Assembly (NCBI RefSeq): GCF_001194135.2
Contig: NC_068982.1
Location: forward strand, 13,477,679-13,541,678
Source of the DNA: Octopus bimaculoides
Taxonomy: Eukaryota
Length of the DNA: 64,000 nt
Reading direction: 5' to 3'
This document shows positions 63,705 through 64,000 of the stretch, one piece after another. Every line of letters starts with the position of its first letter. Within the stretch, counting starts at the first letter, position 1. The position numbers and the translations under genes are program-made. The notes beneath the pieces are model-generated. The model made no database searches and was not told where the DNA came from. It worked only from the letters and a program-made list of their open reading frames with translations.

Positions 63705-64000
63705 TCATCATCATCGTCGTCGTTTAACGTCCGCTTTCCATGCTAGCATGGGTTGGACGATTTGACTGAGGACTGGTGAAACCGGATGGCAACACCAGGC
63801 TCCAATCTAATTTGGCAGAGTTTCTACAGCTGGATGCCCTTCCTAACGCCAACCACTCAGAGAGTGTAGTGGGTGCTTTTACGTGTCACCCGCACGAAAA
63901 CGGCCACGCTCGAAATGGTGTCTTTTATGTGCCACCCGCACAAGCCAGTCCAGGGGCACTGGCAACGATCTCACTCGAAAATCCTACGGGAGCCAGTCAG
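63705..64000 (-). mobile_element. Young RTE LINE 3' UTR copy (runs off the window end)
   Basis: Nearly identical in reverse orientation to 57950-58232. Confidence 0.9.

Overview
AT-rich, microsatellite-laden, gapped eukaryotic DNA. N runs lie at 1298-1307, 1859-1868, 2491-2718, 12536-12657, 18853-19526, 20217-20812, 26674-26765, 37710-37809, 40564-40573, 42677-42817, 50789-50944 and 51902-52244. The repeat families resemble those I recall from octopus genomes (inference, not verified). No intact multi-domain gene is visible. The window is mostly decayed mobile DNA: four tRNA-derived SINE families, many 5'-truncated RTE LINE 3' ends, five R4/Dong-type (restriction-like endonuclease) LINE fragments, Penelope-like remnants, several mariner/pogo relics (one full length with a Helentron-like insert), and Tc1, hAT, piggyBac-like and unclassified MITEs. 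The best findings are: (1) a ~1.96-kb insertion flanked by a perfect 18-bp target-site duplication that encodes only an L1/Tx1-type ORF1 and shares its 3' tail with a SINE subfamily here; (2) four different minimal type-I hammerhead ribozyme motifs; (3) two isolated pre-miRNA-sized hairpins; (4) two MITEs carrying TTAGGG repeats. Scattered candidate exons on both strands suggest the region may be intronic, but no gene could be identified. All alignments and translations were done by eye; most element boundaries are approximate.
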